Positions 11,108 through 23,217 are shown, counted from the first letter of the stretch. The stretch: 32,000 bases of DNA from Candidatus Saccharimonadota bacterium (GCA_965227835.1 OZ245768.1:1410001-1442000); one strand, 5' to 3'. A program made the numbers and translations. Notes: generated from the letters alone by a model not told the origin.

Positions 11108-13198
11108 ATGTTATTATTTGTCTTGTATACACTAGTAATAGTTTTTTTACTTTATATATGATTTTTGTGATTTAAAAAATATTCAAATAGTAGTTGAATA
11201 TTTCTATTAGTTGCTAGTATAGCATGAGCTATGCGGTTTTTTTCTTATATAATAATATATTCATTTTTAATAGATAAAGAAATACTTTTATATATTTTTA
11301 GATTTATGTATTTAATGTCTATATTTTGATTTTACTCTATGGTTATTTTTGTGCATAAATTTTGAATTAAAATTCTAGAAATATCTAAAGCTCTGTATCT
11401 ATTAATTTTTTCAATAATTTTTTATATATTTGTACTTACACCATTAGTTGTAATTGATCTGAAATATATTGAAGATAAAAAATATTTTTTTGAAATATAT
11501 TGACAAGCATATGACTATATAATTTTTGCTTATTTAATACTAATAATTTTGTTTGTTTATGTAAGCTTTTTAAAACTAAAGATTTTAACATATATAAACA
11601 AAAGTAGACTCAAGATAATAATTTTTTGATTTACTATATTTATGTTATTATCAATGTTTTTTTATCTTTTTTTACCTTACTTTGGAATATTTTTATTGGA
11701 AAGTTTGGGAATTTTATTCTTAATACCTTTTGTTTTATCTGTTATTTATTCAACAAAAACTTATGGATTTATTAACTTCAAAATAGCAACTTGAAAAATA
11801 TTTGTTTTTATTTTATCTATATCTTCATCTATAATATCACTTTATTTATCTAAATATATATTATCTATATTTTGAGAAGATTTTAGATCTTTTTGGTGAA
11901 TATCAAAAAATATTTGATTTTTTGATTTGATTTTGGTAATAATATTATTTTTATTTTTTACTAGAATTTTTTCAAAAATTTTTCTGTGAATCAGCCATAT
12001 ATCATCATTTGAAAAATCTTTATTCTCTCTAAAAAACTATATACCATATATCCCAAATTTAAGGAAATTAAATAAATTTTTGAAAAATAATTTTTCCTTG
12101 TTATTTAAGATAGAATATTTAAATATAAAATTGTTTAAAAGTAAAAAAAGCGAACTTTATAAATATTTTTCAAAAGATATATACAGAAATATATTTATAA
12201 ACGATGTTGTTTTTATAGAAGAAAATAAATACAAATTTGATACTAAAAAACTAGAAAAAGAATTAGCTCAAGGTGTTCATTTAGTTTTCCCAATTTACAA
12301 TAATAAAAAAAATTTGATATGAATTTTTGAATTATGAGAAAAACCATTTAAAGAAGAATATTATTCTGAAGAAATAGACTTAATATCAAGTTTTGTAGAT
12401 TTTCTATCATGACACTTGAAGTATATAGAAATATATTCTCATATAAATGATTTAAATATCAATTTGGATAAAAAAGTCGATGAAAAAACAATAGAATATA
12501 ATAATCTTATAAGTAAGCAAAAAGAATTTATATCAATGTCTTCCCATGAAATAAAAACACCTGTTACATCTGCTCAACTTCAAATAGAATGTCTTTTAGA
12601 TGATATAAAATCTTGAAATTATAACAAAAAATTTTTGCTTGCAGAAACCTCTATGTTGGGAGAACATATATGAAAAATATCTGATTTAGTTAAAAACATA
12701 TTTTCAGTTCAAAAATACGAAACAATAGATGTTTGACTGTATTTGGAAAATACTTCTTTGAATTCTTTGATAATTTTAGAATGCCAAGTTGTGGCAAGAA
12801 TATACCCAGAGGTAAAAATTGATATGAATTTATCTGATTCTATATGAATTGTAAAATTGGATAAAGTACAGTTTAATCAAGTAGTATCAAATCTACTAAA
12901 TAATGCTTTTAAATTTTCTTGAAAACCAAAATGAAAAGTAAAAATTACAAGTGAGCTATCTTCAAAGGATATAAAAATAACTATAGAAGATAATGGTCAA
13001 GGATTTAAAAATTGAGAAGAAAAAAATATATTTGAAAAATACTCTACTGGTAAATGAAAATCTGTTTGATTATGAATGTGACTATATTTATGTAAAAAGA
13101 TAGTTGAATTGCATTGAGGTATAATAAAAGTAAAAAACTCAAAATCACTTTGATGAGCAAGTTTTGAAATATTAATCCCTCAAAAGGTTCTAAAGTAA
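11108..13198 (+). CDS. Polytopic membrane sensor histidine kinase, 696 aa
   Basis: A single code-25 frame joins the track ORFs at 12080 and 12416. The N-terminal ~290 aa are made of repeated hydrophobic segments. The C-terminal part has the H box FISMSSHEIKTPVTS, N box VVSNLLNNAFKFS, G1 box EDNGQGF and G2 box GLGMGLYLCKKIVELHGG. TAA stop at 13196-13198. Confidence 0.85.
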
Positions 13199-13285
13199 AC
13201 AGAAATATAACTATTTAAAACTAGATAAAAATTCAATAAGTCTTAGAATAGTTTTTGAAAATTTAAGGTTTATATTTCTTTAGAA

Positions 13286-13981
13286 ATGAACATACTAATA
13301 ATAGAAGATGATAAAAATCTAGCTTTTAGAATAGAATCTATTTTTTTGAAAAAGGTTATATCAAATAGAATAAAAATCATTGATAGTTTCAATGATTTTT
13401 TGAAGGAATCATATGCTATAAATAGCTATGATATAATACTTGTTGATATATTACTTTGAGATGAAAGTAGTAATAATTGAATTGATATAATTAAGTGTAT
13501 AAGAGATAAAAATATCAATATACCTATAGTCATAATAAGCTGATTAAATGATATATGATGGCTCAAAATTGCTTTTGATAGCTGAGCAAATGATTACATG
13601 CTTAAACCTTTTAGATTGGCAGAACTGGAGGTAAGAGTTATGAAATGGTTTAATAGTTTTCTAGCAGTTAATCAGGGTTTAGAACAAAAATCCATTAAAT
13701 ATAATAAACTTATATATGACTTTTCTACTAATTTATTCTTTTTTAAGTGAGAGGCTCTTAAAATGAGTAAACTTAGTAAATATGTTCTTTTACTTTTTGT
13801 ATCAAAAAGAGAGCAGTTGCTTACAAGTTTATATTTGACAGAAAAAATATGGGGAGATTATAACCTAGTTGAAAGAAATCTGAGGATTGTAATATTGAGA
13901 CTTAAAAATGTTTTGAAGCCTTACTCTATAGAGAGTTGGATAAAAAATGTAAGAGGAGAATGATATATACTGAAAAAGTAG
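13286..13981 (+). CDS. OmpR/PhoB-type two-component response regulator, 231 aa
   Basis: Receiver domain: MNILIIEDD..DIILVDILLG..IPIVIISG..ANDYMLKPF. Winged-helix end: ..RIVILRLKNVL..VRGEGYILKK. TAG stop at 13979-13981. Confidence 0.85.
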
Positions 13982-13988
13982 ATAGATT

Positions 13989-14936
13989 TTAAAAACTTTG
14001 TGCATTTATTATTTTATAAATTACTTGATTTATAGGATAAAGTGCATTGTTAAGTTTATCTCTAAATACAATGTAATCCTCTTTTAGTAATTCAAGCATT
14101 ATGTGAAGTCTAAAAAAACTATCATATTGTACATAGCTATCAAAAGCCAGAGGATATAATTTTAAAGAATGTGCCATTTCATCTACTATTTCTTTTTGAG
14201 TTATAGATACTTTTTCTCATATTTTAATAATTGGTATAGAATTTCCTCTGTTTCCAGATCCACTTCATGTTAAACTACCTTTGTTTCTGGAATCCAAGTA
14301 TCATAAATAATACATATACCTACATAATTCAGTACTTGATTGATCAAGTATTATTTTTTTCATACGTTTACTGCGTTCTTTTTCTGTTACTATTATACAT
14401 TCTTCCTTATTTTTTATTTGTATTAACTTTTTTATTTTTGTGCTTACTTTTTTTATAGTTTTTTGTTTCATTATACCAGTTTTGTCTGTTTTTTCTACAA
14501 ATTTTTTTATATTCTCAAAAGCATCTATTTGCGAATTTATAATACCACACTTATATATTTTATTTTGATTGGTTCTATACAAATATTTTGCTTTTTTTAT
14601 ATTTGGTATAAGTTTTTGGGATCATTCTTCTACATTCAAAAATCAATTTTTCACCTTCTCATAGCTTATATTTCTTTCATAAAATTTATCTAGTTTTATT
14701 ACCTTATCAGCACTTTTGGAATACTCCTGTTCTAGACATACTTTTTCAACTTGGCATTTATAAAGGTCGTATCATTCCTTACCTAAACATTCTATAGAGC
14801 TTGCATTTATATCTATTGTTGCAAATTTTAAAAATATCATAAGCAATAGAAAGACTTTTAGAAAAAAACTAAAAAATGAATTTATTGTTTTATTTTTTAG
14901 TTTTCTAAAATTTGTTTTTTGAATTAGTTTTGACAT
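13989..14936 (-). CDS. Hypothetical signal-anchored/secreted protein, 315 aa
   Basis: ATG at 14934-14936. The N-terminus is basic then hydrophobic (MSKLIQKTNFRKLKNKTINSFFSFFLKVFLLLMIFLKFA). The code-25 ORF is continuous and ends at the TAA at 13989-13991, absorbing two track ORFs. Confidence 0.55.
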
Positions 14937-15027
14937 TTTAATTTCATTAAAAAAATGTTTAATTTTTTGAAAAAGTGATAAGATTTATATTTATTTTTTT
15001 ATTATGAAGCAATTTTTCAGCCTCTCC

Positions 15028-15570
15028 CTAATATATTAAACCTCTAGTTTTTATAATTTTCTTGTTTCAAATATTTTCTGTGATTTTATATCTTTTTCAA
15101 TCTATATCAAATTTATTGTCTGACTCTAAAATAAATTTAGTATATCAAGATAGGTTTTGCAATTTAAGTTTTCCTCAAGAGTTGATAGCTATGTCTTCTA
15201 TACTTCAAGTTAATAGATGTTTGTCGTTGCTACCTGTGTAGTAAAACACTATTCAAGAATTTATTATTTCTAGATTTACATTTGAATTTTCTTGAAAGGT
15301 TATTTCATATATTTCTTTATTTTTTAATGATTTTTCAATTGTTTTGTTTTCTATATTTATAGTTTTGTTTGATACAATTTCTTCATCTAGTTCACTTTTG
15401 ATAATTTTTTCTTTTATTAAAAAATTTTCTTCTAAAAAATCTTTATAAGAGATATTTTTTTTAATTACATAAGTTATTTTTGTACTTATACTAAGGAAAC
15501 TAATAGATATTATCAAGCTTAAAAAGATTGACCAAATTAAAATGGAAGCTTTTCTTTCTGTTTTTTGCAC
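15028..15570 (-). CDS. Hypothetical membrane-anchored protein, 180 aa (GTG start inferred)
   Basis: The ORF VQKTERKASILIWSIFLSLIISISFLSIS.. has a single N-terminal hydrophobic helix. It continues through one TGA to the TAG at 15028-15030. It is divergent from the second pilB, but no canonical prepilin G/FTLIE motif is present. Confidence 0.45.
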
Positions 15571-15747
15571 CTTTAAGCTTATTATGATATAATTTATAAA
15601 AGTATATATACAAGTTGGATAAAAACAAAATATTTGTATGTGTAATAGATTGTCTAAAAGATTAAAAAAAGGCTAAAAATAGCTATTTTAAAGTCTCATA
15701 AAAGATCTTTTTAGATTAATTTAAAATATTATAATATATTAAATGAT

Positions 15748-17076
15748 ATGTCTACAAAAGATATTGCAAAAAAAGATGCACAGGATAAATTAAAGGAAGA
15801 TATATTAAAAACTGAAATAAAAAGTGAGATTTTTTCAGATAAATTTTCCAAAATAGAGAAACAAGTAAAAAAATCCTTAATTGAAAGAAAAACCGATCAA
15901 GCTTTATCTGATTTGACATTTTGAGCTCTTTATTTGGGTGTTTCAGATATTCATTATGAAGCTTATGAAAAACATGTGGTAGTTAGATTTAGAATAGATT
16001 GAGTTTTGGTTTCTATTTTTAATTTAAGCCACTGAGAATATAAATCTATACTTGAAAGGATTAAATATTCTGCTAATTTGAAATTGAATATTAGTAATGT
16101 ACCTCAGGATTGAAAATATGATTTAAAGGTAAAATTGAAGGACAAGGAAAATTTTAAAAAAATAGATGTCAGAGTCTCTACTTTGCCTACAAAATATTGA
16201 GAAAATATAGTTTCTAGACTGCTTGATAGTTCAAAAGCTATAGTTGATTTTGAAAGTTTGGGTTTTTATTGGATGAGTAGGAGAATGATAGATAAGGCTA
16301 TTTCAAAAAATAGTTGAATGATTCTAGTAACTTGACCTACAGGTTCATGAAAAACAACAACTCTTTATACAATATTAAATAAAATAAATAATTCTGATAA
16401 AAAGCTTATAACTCTTGAAGATCCAATAGAATATGAACTACCTTGAGTTATACAATCAGAAGTAAATGAAAAATCAGGTTTTACTTTTGATACAGGTTTG
16501 AGATGTCTTTTGAGACAAGATCCTGATGTAATAATGGTTTGAGAAATAAGAGGAAAAGAAACTCTTGATACAGCGACTCAAGCTAGTCTTACATGACACT
16601 TGGTATTATCAACACTTCATACCAAATCTGCTGCGGAGACTTTGGATAGGATAATAAATATGTGATTAAAACCTTATATAATAGCTTCAGCTCTTGATAC
16701 TATTATAGCCCAAAGGCTTGTAAGGAGGATATGCCCAGATTGTAAGATAGAGAGAGAAAAAAGTTCTTGAGATATAGCTATGATTAAGGCTATGATGCTT
16801 GATGTTTGAATGAAATGATTGCCTGTTGAGGCTATGAAACTTTATCGTTGAAAATGATGTGAAAAATGTAATAATAGTTGATATTCTTGAAGAGTTTGAT
16901 TATTTGAAATAATTAGGATAAACGAAGATTTAGCTGATCTTATAAGAAAAGAGGCTCCTAGTGAAGAGATAGTAAAAAAAGCTAGAAACTCTGATTTGGT
17001 ACTTATGAAAGAAGATTGAATATTAAAGGCAATAAAGGGTTATACTACTTTGGAAGAGGTTCTTAGGGTGGTTTAA
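15748..17076 (+). CDS. pilB: Type II/IV secretion / type IV pilus assembly ATPase (GspE/PilB family), second copy, 442 aa
   Basis: Walker A VTGPTGSGKTTT (TGA glycines at 16333-16335 and 16348-16350). Also present: [30 protein letters not shown], and the tetracysteine motif CPDC..CEKC. TAA stop at 17074-17076. Confidence 0.9.
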
Positions 17077-17204
17077 ATAAAGGTCTTTATTCCTTCGATA
17101 ATTAAAAATTAAACAAAATTAAACATATAGTCTTATGTTTTTAATAATTAGAATTTGAAGGTAAGCATAATGAATGCCTATAAGTAAATAGTAAGTATAT
17201 ATTT

Positions 17205-17233
17205 GCAAAGAGCTAAAGCTCTTTGTTGAAAAA
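17205..17233 (+). repeat. Single copy of the CAAAG-GCTAAAGC-CTTTGTTGA hairpin repeat family
   Basis: GCAAAGAGCTAAAGCTCTTTGTTGAAAAA has a perfect 8-bp stem CAAAGAGC/GCTCTTTG around TAAA. It has the same architecture and tail (TTGAAAAA) as the 8155-8332 array. Confidence 0.65.
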
Positions 17234-17262
17234 TTTGTTTAATGAAATAAAAAGTAATTATA

Positions 17263-17286
17263 AAAAGAAGCCTTAAGGCTTCTTTT
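17263..17286. terminator. Symmetric bidirectional intrinsic terminator between convergent pilB-2 and AAA gene A
   Basis: AAAAGAAGCC-TTAA-GGCTTCTTTT forms a perfect 10-bp stem with an A-run on one side and a T-run on the other. Confidence 0.7.
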
Positions 17287-17364
17287 ACTATAAAATTATC
17301 TTTTCCAAAAATATATCTTTATTACGAGACTTATTTGCTATTTACTCAAAGATATCCAGGAATC

Positions 17365-20300
17365 CTATTCTTCTATAATTTCAATTTTACTTTCTTTTAC
17401 TAACCCCCTTACTATATTCTCCTGTATATCTTTATCTTCAAGGTTACTAACCACAGCACGAGCTTTAGGTACAAGCACTTCTTCTATAACTTCACTAAAA
17501 CTTTTATCTCATAGTTGGTTATAACGCAAAAATATTTGTTCAGCATCACGATAAGATACCTCAAATTCAAACTTTTCTTGATAATTTTCAGATTTTTGTT
17601 TTTCTCTTAAATTTTGAAAAAGTTTTACAAGAAATCTAACATTTCCTAAAGTTCTTGTTAATTCATTATCTTTATCTTCTCCTCTAAAAAATGATTCTTC
17701 TCCATAAAATCTACTAAACTTATCAAAATCTATATTTTTAAAATAATCTATACCTGTGTATTTAGCAATCTTATATGCTTCATTCTTTTCCGATGGTGCA
17801 TTTATTTGAATTATACTTGATCTACTTACTATAGGATTTGAAAGAATTTCATAACTATTTCTTGTTCCAGCAAAAATACAATCTGAGTGAGCTTTAATTG
17901 TACCTATTTGAGGATCATATATAGACCTTCCAGAATCAAATAGTCTGTGAAGTCTTTCAAAACATTGAGGATCTAGTTTATCTATCTCATCAAATAATAT
18001 AATAACTCATGGTTTTTGCATAATTTTTATCCATTCAGCTTGTTGTCTACTTGTTTCTCATGCTTTAAGTTGTGGAGAAAAAAACAAATCACTAGGATCC
18101 ATTTTTGAACACTGTATTCTTACTACTTCTCTGTTTGTCATAGCTCCAAACTGTTCAATCATCATAGTTTTTCAAAGCCCTGGATCTCATTCGAGAATTT
18201 CTATTCACTTTTGCTCTTTTTTTTGAATAACAAAACCTGCACTAATTTTTCTAAATATTTCTCTTTCTTCATCAAGTACAATAAATCTTGGATCAGGAAG
18301 GCTGTAGTGAGATCTAGGATTTAAATCAAGCTTGTTTGCAAGAGCAGTAGCAAAATATTCAAGTATTCTTGGTGATTTAAATTTTTCTAAATGATTTTTA
18401 TATTTTTCTTTTAAGTTTTCGTATTCTTCTTTTTTTGAATTATCGTTTCTAATTTCAGACATCCTCTTTCTCATTTCTTCATATTGTTTCTTTCATCTAT
18501 CTAACCAAAAATTATAATCTCTTTGATGTCTTAAAAAATCTTCTTGCGAAAGATGTGTAGGTATATTTATGAAAATCATACCTAAAGCATACCTTCCTGG
18601 ATTTTGGAGATAGCTATCTATATCAAAAACGGTTCCATCATCATAATGAAGAGCTAGTTTAATATTCCCTTCGGGTGTTCTTGATCACTCAAGTTTAAAT
18701 CAGATAGATTTTTGTCATATATTTGAAAAATAAAGACTTACATCAATACCATATTCATCTATTGAGACAGACCTTGTTTTATTATGAAACTCATTTATTC
18801 TTATCTCTTGTTCTCTTTTTTTAAATGCATTATCTAAACTTATTGTCATTTCCTCACGATATTCTTTTGGAATAGTCTCAATATAGTTTTTAATTTTTAA
18901 AACAAGTGGATCTGAATTTTGTAGTTCTTTTAGACTTTCAATATTATCTATACTTGCTATTATCCTTTTTATATTGGAAATTCATGTATTAATTTCAGAG
19001 ATTTTTTCTTCTATTTGCCTTTGTTTTTCACTTTTTTCAGATTTTTTTACTTTTTCTATTCTAGCGATATGGGAAGCTATAATATCTTCTATATTTCTTG
19101 TTTGAGTTTTTCTCTCATCTTCATCAAGAATTTCTATAATTTTAATTGCTTCTATATATTCCTCTTTATTATAGACAGAAGTGATTTGTGGAAGGTAGTT
19201 AATTAGAGATAGATAATCTTGTATTTTTTCAAAATATTCTTCCAAAGATTTTTTTATATCATCTAAGTTTTTCGAACGGATCTCAGATATGTTTCTTTCT
19301 ATTTCTTTTTTGATGGAAGATATTTCATTATCTAGATTTGAGTCTGTGTTTGGTATCTGTCATCTAATTTTTTCTATTTCATCCAGCCTTTCTTTAAAAT
19401 TAATAAGATCTGTTAAGATATTTTCTGGATTTTCCTCTGATTCTAGATTTTTTAAATCGTCTCCAAGCTTTTTGGTATCTGATTTTAGTTTTTTAAGAAG
19501 CATAGAAAAATATTTTTTGTTTATTTCGGACTCAACTTCATTTATAGTTTCAGGAACATTAATCAAATCAGGATGTTTTTTTATCTGCAAAAATAGTTTT
19601 TTAACTTCTTCAATAGATTCTACATCATTTGCATCATCAAAAATTTCTTTAAAGGTTTTTTCTCATACAGAAGCATCCCATATTTTTTTTATTATGTCTT
19701 TCGCTAAATTCTGTTCATTTTTGTTTTCTAAGTTTATGCTTATTCAAATAATATCTAGTTTATCTTTTACCTCTTCAGCTGCAGTTTTTATTAATTTATT
19801 ATTATTTATATCTAGTGGATTTTTATCCACATATCCTCTTGGAATATTGTTAGTTGAAATACAAACTACCCTTAAATTTTCTTTATCATCTTTACAAAAT
19901 AGTTTGTTATGTTCATGGCTCATATAAACAATTTCTGTAATTCCATCATAGGCATCTTGTACCTCTTCTAATGTTTTCCTATTTAATATTCTTAATTTTG
20001 AGTAGTTTTGCTCTTCGGATATAATAAAATAAAAATTATTGTTCTCATCAGTGGATATTTGTTTAATTTTTCCATAAAATGATAAATTGTAAAATTCTTT
20101 TTCAGGCAAATAACTTTTTTCATTATTATCATAATTCAAATAAACTAAATTACTATCTTTAATACCAACAAGTCTTTTTCCACTTTTGTTTATGACACAA
20201 TATCAATCTGATTCAAAACCAATATTTTCATTATTAATAGATATTCTCAAGATACTCTTTCATTGATAAAATTTTGATTTCATTTTTATGTATTCCATCA

Positions 20301-20748
20301 TTTCTCTTTTTTTTCTTTTATCTTGTATCTTTAATGCTTTGACTCCTTTTGACAAATATTCATCGAATTTTCAGAGTAGAATATTCCCATCTTTTGTTGT
20401 AATTATTATATAATCTTCAACGGTTAAAATATCTAAAATCTCAAATAGGTTTACCTGTGAATTTAATTTACTTATATGTATTCATACAGAAGAATAGACT
20501 CGCATATCTTTTAAATTATTTATATATGTTTCAAATGATTCTGGTACCACAAAACTTTCAAGATTTTTAAATGAAGCTCTTTTAAATCATATATTAATAA
20601 AATCATCAAAATTCAATCAATCTACAACTGATAAATTTGAAAGAAATTCTAAAACATTGTTTTTATTATTGTTTGGAAGTAACTCAATGGAAAATTTTCC
20701 TTGTTCATATTGAGTGGGAAGAAGTTTTTTTTTGTTTATACTTGTCAT
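17365..20748 (-). CDS. Giant multidomain protein (paralog A, intact, 1127 aa): unknown N-terminal domain, long helical/coiled-coil region, C-terminal MoxR/AAA_5-like ATPase
   Basis: All 1128 codons were translated by hand. There are about 20 in-frame TGA and no TAA/TAG before the TAG at 17365-17367. Walker A EGDPGLGKTMM (the TGA glycine is at 18172-18174 on the plus strand), Walker B GVIILFDEIDKL, and sensor-like blocks CIFAGTRN and PIVSRSSII. The frame merges five track ORFs. Confidence 0.85.
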
Positions 20749-20772
20749 AATTTTTGTTTTTATTTCTATTTT

Positions 20773-20970
20773 TTATTTTTCATATCTACGAATAGTTTTT
20801 CGTAGGTTACTATTATATGATCATATCATTTTTTCAGTTAATTTTCAAATATCTGGCACTATAATAGTTCATCCACTTTCTTTGTTTCAAAAATACCATT
20901 GTAACCTTTCTTTATTTTGATTTGATGAGTTTATGTAGTAAGCTGTAACTCCATATCACCTATCCCTTAT
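20773..20970 (-). pseudogene. Dead remnant of the 3' end of the TGase-vWA gene (about 65 codons, no start codon)
   Basis: Translation IRDRGYGVTAYYINSSNQNKERLQWYFGNKESGGTIIVPDIGKLTEKMIGSYNSNLRKTIRRYEK* aligns colinearly with the last 65 aa of the 25644-28205 protein (IRNKGYGLTAYYIGGSNQDKTELEGYFGNEQKGGTIIVPDIGQLKQKLIGSYNTGLRNIIRKYTK*). The frame is closed by a TAA immediately upstream. The same 24-nt spacer separates the stop from the next ATG in both copies. Confidence 0.7.
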
Positions 20971-22245
20971 TTAACTATTTTTATAACTTACCTCTTATCT
21001 AGGTTCTTTTTTTAAGTATTTATCAACTTATATATTCTTTTACTAATTCTTTTACTATATTCTCCTGTATATCCTTATCTTCAAAATCTTGTACTACAGC
21101 TCTTGCTTTTGGAATTAGTACTTCTGAAACTACTTCTGAAAATGTTTGATTTCAGAGCTTATTATAACGCAAAAATATTTGTTCAGCATCACGATAAGAT
21201 ACCTCAAATTCAAATTTTTCTTGAAAATCTTCTGATTTCTGTTTTTGTCTCAATGCTTGAAAGAGTTTTACAAGTCCTGAAATATTTTTTAAAACCACTT
21301 CAAGCTTTTCACTTCAAGCTGATTTAATGCTACTAGATTTATTTCAGCTATATATATTTCTAAACTCATCATAATTTATATTATTAAAGTATTCTATACC
21401 TGTAAATTTTGATACTTTAAATGCTTCATTCTCTTCCGATGGTGCATTTATTTGCATAATACTTGATCTACTTACAATAGGATTTGAAAGGATTTCATAA
21501 CTATTTCTAGTAGCAGCAAAGAGACAATCTGAGTTAGCTTTAATCGTACCTATTTGAGGATCATAAATAGATCTCCCAGAATCAAAGAGTCTATGGAGCC
21601 TCTCAAAACATTGGGGATCTAGTTTATCTATTTCATCAAATAATATAATAACTCATGGTTTTTGCATAATTTTTATCCACTCAGCTGGTTGCCTACTTGT
21701 TTCTCATGCTTTGAGTTGTGGAGAAAAAAACAAATCACTTGGGTCCATTTTTGAACACTGTATTCTCACAACCTCTCTATTGGTAATAGCTCAAAATTGT
21801 TCCACCATCATAGTTTTTCATAAACCTGGATCTCATTCAAGAACCTCAATTCACTTCTGTGTTTCTTTTTGAATACTAAAACCAGCACTCATCTTTCTAA
21901 ATATTTCTCTTTCTTCATCAAGTACAATAAATCTTGGATCAGGAAGGCTGTAGTGAGATCTAGGATTTAAATCAAGCTTGTTTGCAAGAGCAGTAGCAAA
22001 ATATTCAAGTATTCTTGGTGATTTAAATTTTTCTAAATGATTTTTATATTTTTCTTTTAAGTTTTCGTATTCTTCTTTTTTTGAATTATCGTTTCTAATT
22101 TCAGACATCCTCTTTCTCATTTCTTCATATTGTTTTCTTCACTTAATTTTCCAGAAACTATAGGGACCTCTGCAAAAAGATAGATTTAAATTACAAAAAT
22201 ATAATAAAAAGATTAAAATATGATAAATATTTTAATTTTTTTTTA

Positions 22246-23217
22246 ATGATTATGTCACCATTTAAAGAACAACAAACATTTTTGAATTATTTCCAAAATG
22301 AGTTATGAATTACAAGAACAGAAAAGTTTCTAACAAAATTAGATAAAGTAGTCCCATGGGAATCAATATCAAATAAAATTAATTTATCTAGAGAAATATC
22401 AGATTGATGAGTTTGAAGACCAAGAATGGAAATACAAAAAATGTTAAAAATACTATTTCTTCAATGACTATATGGATTATCAGATCCGGAAATAGAAGAT
22501 CAAATAAGAGACAGAAATAGCTTTCAAAAGTTTCTATGAATATCTGAATCTAAAGATATACCAGATGAAACAACAATATGTAGATTTAGAAATGAATTAT
22601 CAGAAAACTGAAGTCAGGAAACTATATTTACAATGACTCAATTTATTTTAGCTGAAATGTGATTTACAGTAGAAAAGTGATTTATTCAAGATGGTACTAT
22701 AATAGAATCACCAAAATGAAGAAAGAATAATAAATGAGAAAATACAAGAGATAAGGAAGCTAGTTTTACAAAGAAGAATTGAAGAAGTTATCATTGATAT
22801 AAAGCTCATATTGAAACAACAAAGAGAGGAGACTTTGTAATGAATACAACATATACGACAGCTAAGATACATGATTCACAATTATCTGATACTTTAATTA
22901 CTTGAGATGAGAGTGAAGAGGCATATTGAGATAGTGCCTATATAAGTAAAGATAAAATAAAATTTTTAGATGAGTTATGAATTAAGTGAGAGTTCAATGA
23001 AAGATGATCTAGAAATAATCCGTTGACTTCTTATCAAAAAGAACAAAATAGAATTAAATCTACTATTAGGGCAAGAGTAGAACATCCTTTTTCTATTTTA
23101 AAGGCTAAATATTGAAATTATAAAACAAGATATAGATGATTAGTTAAGAATGCTATGCACTGGTTTTTATCTTGTGCTATTTATAATTTTGAACTATTGG
23201 CAAGGAGGTATATATAG
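22246..23217 (+). CDS. IS5-family DDE transposase, 323 aa, itself requiring TGA = Gly
   Basis: Translation gives MIMSPFKEQQTF..GGVGRPRMEIQKMLKILFLQGLYGLSDPEIEDQIRDRNSFQKFLG..DETTICRFRN..IQDGTII..YHGYKAHI..YGDSAYIS..RARVEHPFSILKAKYG.., the InsH/IS5-like N-terminal block and DDE blocks. There are many in-frame TGA at conserved glycines. TAG stop at 23215-23217. The start could instead be the ATG at 22252. Confidence 0.85.

Noticed and set aside
12080-12616. Track ORFs 12080-12322 and 12416-12616 as small independent proteins with TTG starts.
   Set aside because: Both are in the same frame as, and are joined by TGA = Gly codons to, the 11108-13198 histidine kinase ORF.
15028-15570. Calling this protein a pseudopilin or minor pilin because it is divergent from pilB-2.
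   Set aside because: It has one N-terminal hydrophobic helix but lacks the prepilin peptidase site and the conserved Glu5 context (G/FTLIE). The evidence is insufficient, so it is left as hypothetical.
19289-19927. 212-aa plus-strand ORF in the supplied track. The same applies to similar plus-strand ORFs such as 287-655, 3267-3770 and 26737-26931.
   Set aside because: These translate to low-complexity Phe/Ser/Ile/Leu-rich sequence. They lie antisense to long minus-strand code-25 genes that carry strong family motifs. They are shadow ORFs of AT-rich DNA, not genes.
20749-21019. Treating the region upstream of paralog A as an independent small gene.
   Set aside because: The frame homologous to the vWA C-terminus has no start codon until its last ~20 codons and is closed by a TAA directly upstream. 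It is best read as a duplication remnant.
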